Of a stretch of 64,000 nt of DNA, positions 30,443-40,028 are shown in pieces. Numbering within the stretch: the first letter of the stretch is position 1; every line of letters begins with the position of its first letter. The stretch spans positions 23,311 to 87,310 of the forward strand of contig JADGBX010000001.1 in assembly GCA_015231265.1 (NCBI GenBank), in the 5' to 3' direction. The notes beneath the pieces are model-generated. The model was not told the DNA's origin and did no database searches. It was given only the letters and a program-made list of their open reading frames with translations. The position numbers were made by a program, and so were the translations under genes. Source of the DNA: Magnetococcales bacterium (GTDB lineage Bacteria > Pseudomonadota > Magnetococcia > Magnetococcales > JADGBX01).

Positions 30443-31185
30443 CAGTACCCTCCCTGTCCCATACCATCATCCATCATCGCCGTGAGAAGATCCTCCAGAG
30501 TGGCCACAAGACCCGACTGGTTATCTCTCACCTGGGTCCGAAAAGCGTCATAGGAGAGCCGTTGCGGACTGATACCGTTGGCGTAGTTGTCCGCCATGCA
30601 GATCGCTGCATAGGGAATCTCCTTCTCGGAGGCGAGAATACACTCCGAGGCGATGGTCATGCCGACGATATGGGCGAAGGGACGGTGAGCCTTGATCTCA
30701 GCCCGAGTCTCAAAGCGGGGCCCTCGAGTCTGCCAATAGACGCCGCCATCCCGAGGCATGGGACGACCCGTCTCCTCCCAGAGTTGAAGAATCTGCCGCC
30801 GCCACACAGGATGAAACTCTGCAACGCGATGCCCTCGTTCATCCTCGTAATAGCTGGGATTGACGCTGGGGGCGTAGAAATCGTCGGGAACCACGAAACT
30901 ACCCGGAATAATTTTTCGCTTCAGACTGCCCACGGAGCCGACTGAGAGAATCCGCTCAACACCAGACCGCTGTAATGCTTCGATATTGGCATGGTGATTG
31001 ATGCGGTGAGGTTGGGTGTAGCTCTCCAATCCATGCCGCTGGAGAAAGAGCAGTCCACCGGCCGTCTCCAACAATGGAACCTCCCCAAAAGAGGTCTCCA
31101 CGGAGATACGCTGGGCCTCTTTGAAACGGCTGGACTCCAGAAGACTGGTGCCGCCGATCAGAGCCGTCTTGATAGCAGAGTGCAT
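30442..31185 (-). CDS. MTAP-family purine nucleoside phosphorylase (methylthioadenosine or methylthioinosine phosphorylase)
   Basis: 247 aa. Motifs are ALIGGTSLL, FLQRHG..HRINHHANIEAL, GVERILSVGSVGSL, FETRAEI and VGMTIASE. It is translationally coupled to mtaD. Confidence 0.7.
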   Translation of the reverse strand: MHSAIKTALIGGTSLLESSRFKEAQRISVETSFGEVPLLETAGGLLFLQRHGLESYTQPHRINHHANIEALQRSGVERILSVGSVGSLKRKIIPGSFVVPDDFYAPSVNPSYYEDERGHRVAEFHPVWRRQILQLWEETGRPMPRDGGVYWQTRGPRFETRAEIKAHRPFAHIVGMTIASECILASEKEIPYAAICMADNYANGISPQRLSYDAFRTQVRDNQSGLVATLEDLLTAMMDDGMGQGGY

Positions 31186-31246
31186 GTCTGATCCACAATG
31201 AGATGTCTATGAACATATCTTCAACAAAATACCTTCTCTGCGCCGA

Positions 31247-32053
31247 CTACCAGGGAAGCTCCACATCCTCGGAACCGGCAGAGTTGGACTTTGTCTTTTT
31301 TGAAGTAGGGTCGCCCTCGAACATCTCATCCCACCACCCCTCCTCCTCGGGGGTAGCCGCACTATCGGGGTCGATCACCGACACGTTCTCCAACTCCTTT
31401 TGCTGCTCGGCCCGTCGGCGAAGAACGCGATCCTTCACTCGTTGCCAGACGCCCTTATCCCCTCTACGTTCCGCTTCGGCCTTCTCCAGCGCCTCCCGCT
31501 CCTCGCGCATTTTGCGCACTGTGGGCGGATCCAGATGCGGATTGGGACCGAACAGATAGCGATCCTTATTGGTCATCGGTCCCGTACCGGCACTCTCCTC
31601 ACGCTCCGCACGTCGCTGCTCTCGAATGCGGACCATCTCGGGATCCTCCTCGGAGAAGCGATGCCACCACCCCACATCCCCCCGTTGCGCCTCCGGCATC
31701 TTGGTGGGATCGAGAAGAGCTTCATCGAAATTCTTCTTCAGATCCTTGACGACCCCTGCGTCATCAAAGGTAACCTCAACCCGATTGAACGCGCGGGAGT
31801 AGGTGTATTGAAGGTCACGGTACGCTCGATCATGCACATAGAGCCAGCGCTCATCTCGAAATGAGTTCACAAAGGTCGGGTGCCCCAAAAGGGACTTCAC
31901 TTCAGTGCGTGTCGTAACACCCACTTTCACTTTGTCCACTTTGTCGGGATCGAGGATACTCCCCTTCTCATGCATCGCTGCCTGACACGCGGTCAGCAGC
32001 AGAAGCAGGCTAAGAAGCACGGAAATTCGGAACGGATGGTGACAGCGTCTCAT
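31247..32053 (-). CDS. bamE: BamE (SmpA/OmlA) outer-membrane lipoprotein with long charged C-terminal extension
   Basis: It has a lipobox (LLLLLTAC). The BamE core is GSILDPDKVDKVKVGVTTRTEVKSLLGHPTFVNSFRDERWLYVH. About 150 extra residues rich in E/R/D/K follow. The start is taken at MRRCHH and is uncertain. Confidence 0.65.
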   Translation of the reverse strand: MRRCHHPFRISVLLSLLLLLTACQAAMHEKGSILDPDKVDKVKVGVTTRTEVKSLLGHPTFVNSFRDERWLYVHDRAYRDLQYTYSRAFNRVEVTFDDAGVVKDLKKNFDEALLDPTKMPEAQRGDVGWWHRFSEEDPEMVRIREQRRAEREESAGTGPMTNKDRYLFGPNPHLDPPTVRKMREEREALEKAEAERRGDKGVWQRVKDRVLRRRAEQQKELENVSVIDPDSAATPEEEGWWDEMFEGDPTSKKTKSNSAGSEDVELPW

Positions 32054-32217
32054 GGGATTCGATATCTTCTGATCTGAAACCAGGAACACGGAGACTTTTC
32101 ACAGTCTGGATAATATGGATGACGGCAATCCGACATCAGCACCTTACGGATGACCAGTATATCCACACACTCGATTCCGTTATCATATGTCGGGAATTCG
32201 GCAGGAGCAAAGTATCG

Positions 32218-32742
32218 ATGACACTCTTCAAGCAATTCATGGCAAAGCGTCGCACCAAAAAACGGCGTCTGCACGTTCTGCCACTGCACGATCTCTTGGT
32301 CGAGACCACCAAACGTCTCACCGACAGCGACGCCTTGGGCATAGAGAATACCTTCATGCTCCGGTTCGAAGTGATGACCTTCCTCACCGCCCAGGCTCTC
32401 TTAACTCTAAAATTCGATAAAAGCCCTCATAATCAGGAGTGGTCCCAGGCGCTCTGGGATCTCTTTTTCGAAGGGCTCGATCACAGCCTGCGGGAACAGG
32501 GCGTCAACGACATCCGCATGGCTGCCCGCATGCAACGCCTCTTCACCAGCGGAACCGGTCGCCGCAACGCCTATCTGAAAGCGTGGGAAACCGATGACCA
32601 GGCTGCTCTTCGCCGTGCCATCGGTCGCAATATCCTGACCATTCCGGAAGATGAAGACAACAGCGACCCACGCATCGACCAGTTGATCGGCGAACTTGAA
32701 ACCATTCGACAGGCGACGCTCTCCATACTGCCTCCCGGCTGA
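32218..32742 (+). CDS. ubiquinol-cytochrome c chaperone family protein (Cbp3-like)
   Basis: ENTFMLRFEVMTFLTAQALLTL ... ALWDLFFEGLDHSLREQGVNDIRMAARMQRL match. The start ATG at 32218 follows GCAGGAG. It is divergent from bamE. Confidence 0.6.
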   Translation: MTLFKQFMAKRRTKKRRLHVLPLHDLLVETTKRLTDSDALGIENTFMLRFEVMTFLTAQALLTLKFDKSPHNQEWSQALWDLFFEGLDHSLREQGVNDIRMAARMQRLFTSGTGRRNAYLKAWETDDQAALRRAIGRNILTIPEDEDNSDPRIDQLIGELETIRQATLSILPPG

Positions 32743-32803
32743 GCTACCCATTTAGAGAATAGAAACGATACTCTGCGAACACACTTACACACTTCGGTGC
32801 ACC

Positions 32804-33991
32804 ATGAACAAAACGACCATTGAACAGATCGAGATTGCCAATAAACGGGTTCTGATCCGGGTGGACTTCAACGTCCCTCTAACACCTGAGAGAACGGTCC
32901 GGGACGACACCCGGATTCAAGGCGCATTACCGACGATTCGCCTCGCCGTGGAGAAGGGTGCCAAAGTGATTCTGGCTTCCCATCTGGGACGGCCCAAAGG
33001 CGCTGTAGTTCCGGAGATGTCCCTGAAACCGGCAGCCGAACGACTGGCAGAGCTTCTCGGACAACCGGTTGCTCTGGCACCTGACTGCATCGGACCGGAA
33101 ACGGAGAAGATGGTGTCGGCGTTGAAGGGAGGGGAGGTTCTACTCCTTGAGAACGTCCGCTACCACGCCGGTGAGACCAGCAACGACGACAGCTTCGCCC
33201 AACAGCTCGCCGCCCACGCCGACATCGCCGTCAATGATGCCTTTGGAACCGCACATCGAGCCCATGCCTCCAATGTTGGTGTCGCCTCTCGGGTCAAACC
33301 CGCTGTTGCCGGATTGCTGATGGCCGACGAAATCGACTATTTCAACCGCGCCATCCGCGAACCCAAACGACCGGTTGTCGCCATTCTGGGTGGCTCCAAG
33401 GTCTCCGGCAAGATCAACGTCATCGAAGCGCTGCTCGACAAGGTGGATCGGATCATCATCGGCGGCGGCATGGCCTTTACTTTCTTCCGCGCCATGGGGC
33501 ACGCCACCGGCAACTCCCTGGTGGAAGAGGAGATGTTGGATATTGCCACCTCTGCTCTGCACAAAGCCACGGCCAACAACGTTGAGATCCTGCTGCCGGT
33601 GGATGCTACCATCGCTAAGACCATCGACGCTGATGCAGAGATCAAAACCGTCAACGCAACCGAAATTCCCGACGGCTGGATGGGTCTGGACGTCGGCCCG
33701 AAAACGGTTGAACGTTTCAGCGCAGCTCTTTCAGATGCAGCAACAGTGGTCTGGAACGGCCCCATGGGCGTCTTCGAAACCGCTCCCTTTGCCGTCGGCA
33801 CCATCGCCCTGGCCAAAGCGGTCGCCGCCAGTCAGGCCCTCTCCGTCATCGGTGGGGGTGATACCGGTGCCGCCGTCAAGCAGGCGGGCGTGGCCGAAGA
33901 TGTTTCCTACATCTCCACAGGTGGTGGCGCTTTCTTGGAACTGCTAGAAGGCAAGGAGCTCCCGGGCATCGCGATTCTCGACGATGCATGA
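32804..33991 (+). CDS. pgk: phosphoglycerate kinase
   Basis: Motifs present: KRVLIRVDFNVPL, ASHLGRPKG, DAFGTAHRAHAS, STGGGAFLELLEGKELPG. Confidence 0.95.
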   Translation: MNKTTIEQIEIANKRVLIRVDFNVPLTPERTVRDDTRIQGALPTIRLAVEKGAKVILASHLGRPKGAVVPEMSLKPAAERLAELLGQPVALAPDCIGPETEKMVSALKGGEVLLLENVRYHAGETSNDDSFAQQLAAHADIAVNDAFGTAHRAHASNVGVASRVKPAVAGLLMADEIDYFNRAIREPKRPVVAILGGSKVSGKINVIEALLDKVDRIIIGGGMAFTFFRAMGHATGNSLVEEEMLDIATSALHKATANNVEILLPVDATIAKTIDADAEIKTVNATEIPDGWMGLDVGPKTVERFSAALSDAATVVWNGPMGVFETAPFAVGTIALAKAVAASQALSVIGGGDTGAAVKQAGVAEDVSYISTGGGAFLELLEGKELPGIAILDDA

Positions 33992-34000
33992 GTGACATTC

Positions 34001-34042
34001 AGGAGAGGAATCTCACACTGTCCAGTGAGATTCCTCTCCTTT
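34001..34042 (+). terminator. strong hairpin 3' of pgk (probable terminator or RNA-stability element)
   Basis: A perfect 16-bp stem pairs AGGAGAGGAATCTCAC (34001-34016) with GTGAGATTCCTCTCCT (34025-34040) around an 8-nt loop. Only TT follows, so the U-tract is weak. Confidence 0.5.
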
Positions 34043-34119
34043 GACGGATGAATGGAAAATCACGGAAACCGTGCCCGGGACGGTTCTGTCTGAAACAGCA
34101 CAGCTCTTCAGGAGACACC

Positions 34120-34959
34120 ATGAATGCGACGTCCCAGCCGCCGCCCGGCCTCTCCGTCATCATGATCGGTCGTGATGAAGAGAGTTTTCTCACTCGAACA
34201 CTCCCTCCCCTGCAACAGGCAGCCGACGAGATTATTTTCGTCGATACCGGCTCCAGCGACCGGACACCCCTTCTGGCGGCAGATGCTGGTGCCACCGTCC
34301 TGGAACGCCCGTGGGACGACGACTTCTCCGCCCCCAAAAATCTTGCCCTGCAACAGGCTCATTACCGCTGGGTTCTCAATGTTGACTGCGATGAAGAGCT
34401 TCTGATCGAACCGCACACCGCCACATTCCTCAAAGAGCATACGGAGCGTGTCGATATCCCCGCCGCAATCATCACGATCGAGAACATAACCCGCGACCGC
34501 CGGATCATCCCCCAGGAATCGATGCGTCTGTTTCGTAACGATACGAGAATTCGCTTCGACAAACCGATCCATGAGAACGTCTGCGACGCGGTCTATGAGA
34601 GCTGGCCGACCGTTGAAATTCCAAAGGAACCACTGCGTCTTCGTCACCACGGATACAGCAGTGGCGATACCAAAGGTAAGATGGAACGCAATATCCGGAT
34701 TCTCAAACGCTGGGTAGAACAGGATCCCAACACGCTCTTCGGGCACCACAAACTGGGTATGAATCTCAGCCACACGGGCCAGAGCAAGGAGGCGTTACAC
34801 CATCTGGAGCACGCCTTTGAACTGGCGAATAACGAGTCGGACAAGGGCAGTATCGCCATTCTTGGTGATCTTCTGCACACCTATCTCACCCTGCTTCTTG
34901 AACAGGGCATGACCGACAGAGCAGAAGCGGTTAAGAAGACAGTGGAATCCTGGAAATAA
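34120..34959 (+). CDS. GT2-family glycosyltransferase with C-terminal TPR-like region
   Basis: LSVIMIGRDEESFLTRTLP...IIFVDTGSSDRT...VLNVDCDEEL (DxD) match. The C-terminal repeats are helical. The start ATG at 34120 follows CAGGAGA. Confidence 0.7.
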   Translation: MNATSQPPPGLSVIMIGRDEESFLTRTLPPLQQAADEIIFVDTGSSDRTPLLAADAGATVLERPWDDDFSAPKNLALQQAHYRWVLNVDCDEELLIEPHTATFLKEHTERVDIPAAIITIENITRDRRIIPQESMRLFRNDTRIRFDKPIHENVCDAVYESWPTVEIPKEPLRLRHHGYSSGDTKGKMERNIRILKRWVEQDPNTLFGHHKLGMNLSHTGQSKEALHHLEHAFELANNESDKGSIAILGDLLHTYLTLLLEQGMTDRAEAVKKTVESWK

Positions 34960-35007
34960 CTGAATAGAACGTGGGTAAAATGACACCCACAGAACGGGAA
35001 ATCGATC

Positions 35008-36363
35008 ATGATGGAAAAGATGGCCCACTGGCTGCGTGTCTATGGAGAGCGCCGCGTTCTGATCATTCTGTTTCTGGGGTTTTCCAGCGGTCTACCCCTA
35101 GCGCTCACCTTCGGCACCCTCTCTGTCTGGATGGCGGAAGCGGGTGTAAGTAAAAGCACCATCGGCCTATTTGCACTGGCCGGTGCCCCATACACCTTCA
35201 AATTCCTCTGGTCTCCTCTGGTCGATCGCATGCCGATTCCACCTCTGACCAGACTCTTCGGACAGCGAAGGGGGTGGATGCTGGCAACGCAGGGAGCATT
35301 GATACTCTCCATCATCGGTCTCGGCAACTCCCACCCAGGAGTCGATCCGGTGGTCACTGCTCTCTTTGCACTGGCCACAACCTTCTGGTCAGCCAGCCAA
35401 GACATCGCTATTGACGCTTACCGTGTTGAAATACTTGATGAGTCACAGTACGGCGCAGGCGCTGCCATGGTTGTGCTCGGCTATAGAATCGGCATGTTGG
35501 TTTCCGGGGCCGGTGCTCTCTTTCTGGCCGATAGCGCCGGATGGTTTCAGACCTACCTGATTATGGGCTTGCTGATGCTTGTAGGCGTAGTGACCGTTCT
35601 TCTCTCACCGGAACCGGAACGCCGTCCATCCAAGCGCTCGAAAAAGCAGGAAGCCAGAATTTCAGCCTTCCTTGAAAAACACCCCGAGTATCCTCAAGCA
35701 CTCTCAAAATCATTAGCCTGGATTCATGGCGCAGTCGTGGAGCCGTTTGCCGAGTTCATGACCCGAACCGGCTGGATCTGGGTGCTGCTGTTCATTTTGC
35801 TTTACAAATTCGGAGATGCTCTGGCCGGCGTGATGAGCGGCCCTTTCTATGTTGAACTTGGATTCAGCAAAACGGAGATCGCCAGTATCAGCAAAGCGTT
35901 TGGGCTCACGGCCACCATCATCGGCAGCGTTATCGGCGGTATTGTCGTCAGTCGATTGGGAATTTTTCGTGCATTGGTGATCTGTGGTGTGTTGCAGATG
36001 CTCTCCAATCTGATGTTTGTCGTGTTGGCCAAGGCCGGGGCAGATACCGGTGTCCTAACCGTCACCATCGCTCTGGAAAACCTCAGCGGTGGCATGGGAA
36101 CCGCTGCTTTCGTCGCTTACCTCTCAAGCTTATGCGATGTGGCCTATACCGCTACCCAATACGCCCTGCTCTCCTCATTCATGGCTTTTGGCCGAACCCT
36201 TCTCTCGTCGGGTGGCGGCGTACTGGCCGACTCCACCGATTGGGCGACCTTCTTCCTGCTCACCACAGTTGCAGCTATCCCCGGACTTCTGATGCTCTAC
36301 GCCATGCGTCGCTTCTTTCCGGAACAAACAACCTCGATCGTGCACAACGAACAGAGAGAGTGA
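35008..36363 (+). CDS. ampG: AmpG-family muropeptide MFS permease
   Basis: LGFSSGLPLALTFGTLSVWMAEAGVSKSTIGLFALAGAPYTFKFLWSPLVDR matches, with a 12 or more TM layout. Confidence 0.8.
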   Translation: MMEKMAHWLRVYGERRVLIILFLGFSSGLPLALTFGTLSVWMAEAGVSKSTIGLFALAGAPYTFKFLWSPLVDRMPIPPLTRLFGQRRGWMLATQGALILSIIGLGNSHPGVDPVVTALFALATTFWSASQDIAIDAYRVEILDESQYGAGAAMVVLGYRIGMLVSGAGALFLADSAGWFQTYLIMGLLMLVGVVTVLLSPEPERRPSKRSKKQEARISAFLEKHPEYPQALSKSLAWIHGAVVEPFAEFMTRTGWIWVLLFILLYKFGDALAGVMSGPFYVELGFSKTEIASISKAFGLTATIIGSVIGGIVVSRLGIFRALVICGVLQMLSNLMFVVLAKAGADTGVLTVTIALENLSGGMGTAAFVAYLSSLCDVAYTATQYALLSSFMAFGRTLLSSGGGVLADSTDWATFFLLTTVAAIPGLLMLYAMRRFFPEQTTSIVHNEQRE

Positions 36364-36474
36364 GTCCTCTTCCATGACATCCCAATGAAACACCGAGTTT
36401 GACGTGCACCCAACCAATGGGATCGTTATGATAGAGAAAACACAGTCGTCTCAGTTTCTCGGAACACGTCCACA

Positions 36475-39400
36475 ATGATCCATATGGAAACGCAAGCGAC
36501 ACTGGAGCTTATACCCAGTTCGTCGCACCCGCACTCTCATATTATCCGTATCCGAATTGAAGGAGATTCTATTGCTCCCGACCACACGGTTGGTGCGGAA
36601 ACGCTTTCCGTATTGCGCACCTGTGTTGATGGATATCGTCAGATATTAAGAGACGGTGCACCTCCGGATCTCGTTGCAGACACCGCTACTACTGTGGGCA
36701 TTGAGCTGTTCAATTATGCCTTATCCAGTATCTGGGAACCCCTCTCAGCACACCTTTCCGATGACCGGCCTCTGATGCTTTCCATTCGATCCACCGATCA
36801 GGAAATGATCAATCTGCCATGGGAAATGTTACGGCTTCCAGACGGAACCACTGTGGGACTATCTCCCGAATTTGCTGTTAGGCGCCTCCCGGATAGTGCG
36901 GATGATTCCGCTCGACGCTGCATCATTCCCGCTTCAAAACCATTACGCATCCTTCTCTTTGCTACTTCAATGGATTCAGGAGAACCTGACGGGCAGAGCG
37001 TTGATTCGACAATGACAGCACCATCACAACGTGCAGATCTCGCCCTTGCACTGATACGCACCCACCGCGACCTTCATGTTGAGATCTGTGATACCGAAAC
37101 CTTTGACGCTCTCAAGAAACAGATCCAACAGTTTCAACCACACTGTGTTATTCTGTCAGGAACCACAGCGGTCCGTAGCGACAACAGCTTCTTTCTTTTC
37201 AACGAACATAACGCCTCAGATCCTCGTGCGGCCAATGAAATCTTCCGTGATCTTTTCGACTGTTCTGCCGTAGCTTCCGTCATCGTTACAGGAAGCCCTA
37301 ATGGAAAACCACCTCCCGTTGCATCCTCTCACGCCCTTGCTGATAAATTGGCAAAAATGGGGATTCCTTTAGCAATTTCCTGGCCGATCACCATTGGATC
37401 ACCTCTTAATCACCGTGCCTTCAGTACACTCTTTAAAACCCTGCTGGATGGGCGTAGCATTGATCGAGCGCTGACGGCAGCACGAAATATGGTTGCCACA
37501 TCAAAGAATGCAGAAGCTACCTTTGACTGGACACTACCCGTACTCTTTTCCACCAGCAATCGGACCCATTTGTTCAATATGAGCACTTCAACCCCGACGA
37601 TCCCATATTATCCGGAACCATTGATACTGTCCGGTTTCTCGGATGAAACACTGATTTCAAACCCTGAGGATCCCGGATTTGCATCCTCAATCGACCACTG
37701 TATTGATGCTCTTCTGCACTCAAAAAAGACAGCACTGGTCGTGAGCGGAGCACCCGGTTCTGGAAAAAGCGTCTTTGCAGCAACGGTCGCAGGGCACCTG
37801 GAGAGAGAGAACAACATCCCCTGTGCCATCTGCATCGATCTTGAGAACAGACCTCTCACTTCTGCCCACTTCCTGGATACTCTTCGTGTAACACTCCAGA
37901 ACTGCGGATGCACTGAAGAGGCCGAAGTTCTAGGAGATCCGACCATTCCACTTGCAGACCGCATGGGACTGCTGCCGCAGATACTGAACCAACGGCAACC
38001 GATGACGGTTCTCCTTGATGGAATCGGAGCCTCAACACCAACTGATGAAGAGAACATTCATCCAGAGTTGTCAGGGGTATTAAGCTATTTATTATCAGCT
38101 TTGAAACCACCCTCCACCATACTGCTTACAACCCGAAGAACCGCCGTGGTCCACGCTATCATTCCTTCAGATTGCGCTGTGGAGCATTTTGAGATTCCCA
38201 TCTATCCTGAAGACTCTTTTCTCCGCTTTCTCATGGAGGACCGGTATGTTAAGGAGCGCATTCAAGAGGATGAACTGAGTAGACCGTTGCTCTCAGAACT
38301 CTATCATGCATTCGGCACACAACCCGGCTATCTAAAAGCGGTACGAACAGTCTTACGAGACATCGATACGCATGATCTTCAACAGAGGATGAAAGAGATC
38401 TCTGTGGCTCATGAGGAAGAAGAGTCGAGTCAACCGACAACCCAGCACACGAATAGCTTTGAGGCGCTCTTTCTCTCAAGAATCTTCGACAACTATCCAC
38501 TTGAAACGCAAGATCTTCTAGAACGACTAGCCCCCTTGTCAACCACAGTGGTTCCATCAGACATCAGTACACTTGCTGATAAACCATTTGAGGACATCTC
38601 CGATGAAATCGAATGGCTTGTAGATGCTGGATGGATCGAACGATTTGAAGATAGAGAGAAGCACTATTATTACCGTATTAACGCTATTGGCCAGTCGTGG
38701 TTGCTCCGTAACGACCGCTTCAAACAAGGGCGGCGCAACAGCCTGCTCAGGTCTACGGCCCATTATCTTTCCAATTCTGCCAGAGTTTTGCTTGAGACTC
38801 CTGCAGAAGGAATGAATATCTCAAAACGAACTAGAGCCTGCGCCCTTCTTCTGGAAGGACGGGCACTCTTTATTGAGAGTGGTGATTTTGAGCCGGCTCT
38901 GGAGGTTTCCAACCAATTGAGTGAGCAGCTATTCCACGCTGGATTCCATCCTACCGTCGGTCGCCTCAACGCACTGTTGGATACAGACATCCCACACCCG
39001 GCTTTTACCAATTGGATGGCCGCTGCCCATTTTCATTCTGGTAGACTGGAGCAAGCTGCAAACACCTACTATCGCGCCCTGGAACAGTCTGAACGGCATC
39101 ACTCAGCGGAAAAGAGTATCTCTCAACATGGGCTCGCTCTAATCGATCTGCAATCCGACCATTATGATGACGCCAGGGAACGTCTCCTGAAGGTGTTGGA
39201 CTTCCAACGCTCTAGTGGCAACCTGGATGCTGTCCTCTCTCTCTGGCTACAGATTGCGGAGATCGACGAGAAGCGGGACATCCCGGAAGATAAACAGAAG
39301 TCACTGGAAATGGCTCTTGGCATTGCCAAGCAGAGTGCCAACCGGACAGCTGAAGCGGAGATCCAACGACTTATCGGCCAGCACTGTCTTGACGTACAAC

Positions 39401-40011
39401 GCCGCGCACAAGCTTTAGCTGCCCTAAAAGAGGCATTGAAAATTGATTTGGAAACCGGTAACAGAGAAGGACAAGCGATCACCTTTCCACTGATCGGCAA
39501 CATCCTTCTAATCCAAGAGGACCACACTGGTTCACGACACCATTTTGAGTCTGCTTTGAATCTTTCAGAAGAGTTGATTCCAGATCATTCACGGGCATTT
39601 ATTCTGCACCAACTTGCCAGCATTGATCTCCAAGACGGTAATCTTGATGATGCACGAGAAAAGACACTCAACTCTCTGGATATCAAACGATCCATCAAAG
39701 ACCATGCTGGTCAGGCCAATGCGTTTCTTCAACTAGGTCGTATTGCTAAAGAAGGTGGAGATCTGAACGCTGCTTTACTCCTTGTAGGTGTCTGCTACAG
39801 GCTTGATGATGCTATCGGTCATGAAGATGCCGATGAGGGCTATGATACCTTTAAATCCATTGCGTCAGCACTCCAGCTAAATGAAGCAGACACTGAGAAT
39901 AGCCTAGATGAGGCTTGGGAAGCCTATAGAAAAGATGAAGGAAGGGAGCTGATTGCGCAGCTTTTCAAGAAGCGCACCGTGATCCCTATTCAACCCGTCA
40001 ATCAGGTTTAA
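36475..40011 (+). CDS. NLR-like STAND NTPase: CHAT-like N-domain (dyad apparently degenerate) + P-loop NB-ARC/NACHT-like module + TPR array
   Basis: The CHAT-like layout spans aa ~100-345 (INLPWEMLRLPDG; KPLRILLFATS; LADKLAKMGIPLAISWPI...FSTLFKTLLDGRSIDRALTAARNMV). Walker A is GAPGSGKS (nt 37747-37770) and Walker-B-like is TVLLDG. ILLTTRR and a GxP-like FGTQPGYL are also present. The C-terminal ~350 aa are TPR-like repeats. Confidence 0.8.
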   Translation: MIHMETQATLELIPSSSHPHSHIIRIRIEGDSIAPDHTVGAETLSVLRTCVDGYRQILRDGAPPDLVADTATTVGIELFNYALSSIWEPLSAHLSDDRPLMLSIRSTDQEMINLPWEMLRLPDGTTVGLSPEFAVRRLPDSADDSARRCIIPASKPLRILLFATSMDSGEPDGQSVDSTMTAPSQRADLALALIRTHRDLHVEICDTETFDALKKQIQQFQPHCVILSGTTAVRSDNSFFLFNEHNASDPRAANEIFRDLFDCSAVASVIVTGSPNGKPPPVASSHALADKLAKMGIPLAISWPITIGSPLNHRAFSTLFKTLLDGRSIDRALTAARNMVATSKNAEATFDWTLPVLFSTSNRTHLFNMSTSTPTIPYYPEPLILSGFSDETLISNPEDPGFASSIDHCIDALLHSKKTALVVSGAPGSGKSVFAATVAGHLERENNIPCAICIDLENRPLTSAHFLDTLRVTLQNCGCTEEAEVLGDPTIPLADRMGLLPQILNQRQPMTVLLDGIGASTPTDEENIHPELSGVLSYLLSALKPPSTILLTTRRTAVVHAIIPSDCAVEHFEIPIYPEDSFLRFLMEDRYVKERIQEDELSRPLLSELYHAFGTQPGYLKAVRTVLRDIDTHDLQQRMKEISVAHEEEESSQPTTQHTNSFEALFLSRIFDNYPLETQDLLERLAPLSTTVVPSDISTLADKPFEDISDEIEWLVDAGWIERFEDREKHYYYRINAIGQSWLLRNDRFKQGRRNSLLRSTAHYLSNSARVLLETPAEGMNISKRTRACALLLEGRALFIESGDFEPALEVSNQLSEQLFHAGFHPTVGRLNALLDTDIPHPAFTNWMAAAHFHSGRLEQAANTYYRALEQSERHHSAEKSISQHGLALIDLQSDHYDDARERLLKVLDFQRSSGNLDAVLSLWLQIAEIDEKRDIPEDKQKSLEMALGIAKQSANRTAEAEIQRLIGQHCLDVQRRAQALAALKEALKIDLETGNREGQAITFPLIGNILLIQEDHTGSRHHFESALNLSEELIPDHSRAFILHQLASIDLQDGNLDDAREKTLNSLDIKRSIKDHAGQANAFLQLGRIAKEGGDLNAALLLVGVCYRLDDAIGHEDADEGYDTFKSIASALQLNEADTENSLDEAWEAYRKDEGRELIAQLFKKRTVIPIQPVNQV

Positions 40012-40028
40012 CACACAGAGTCTCACAC

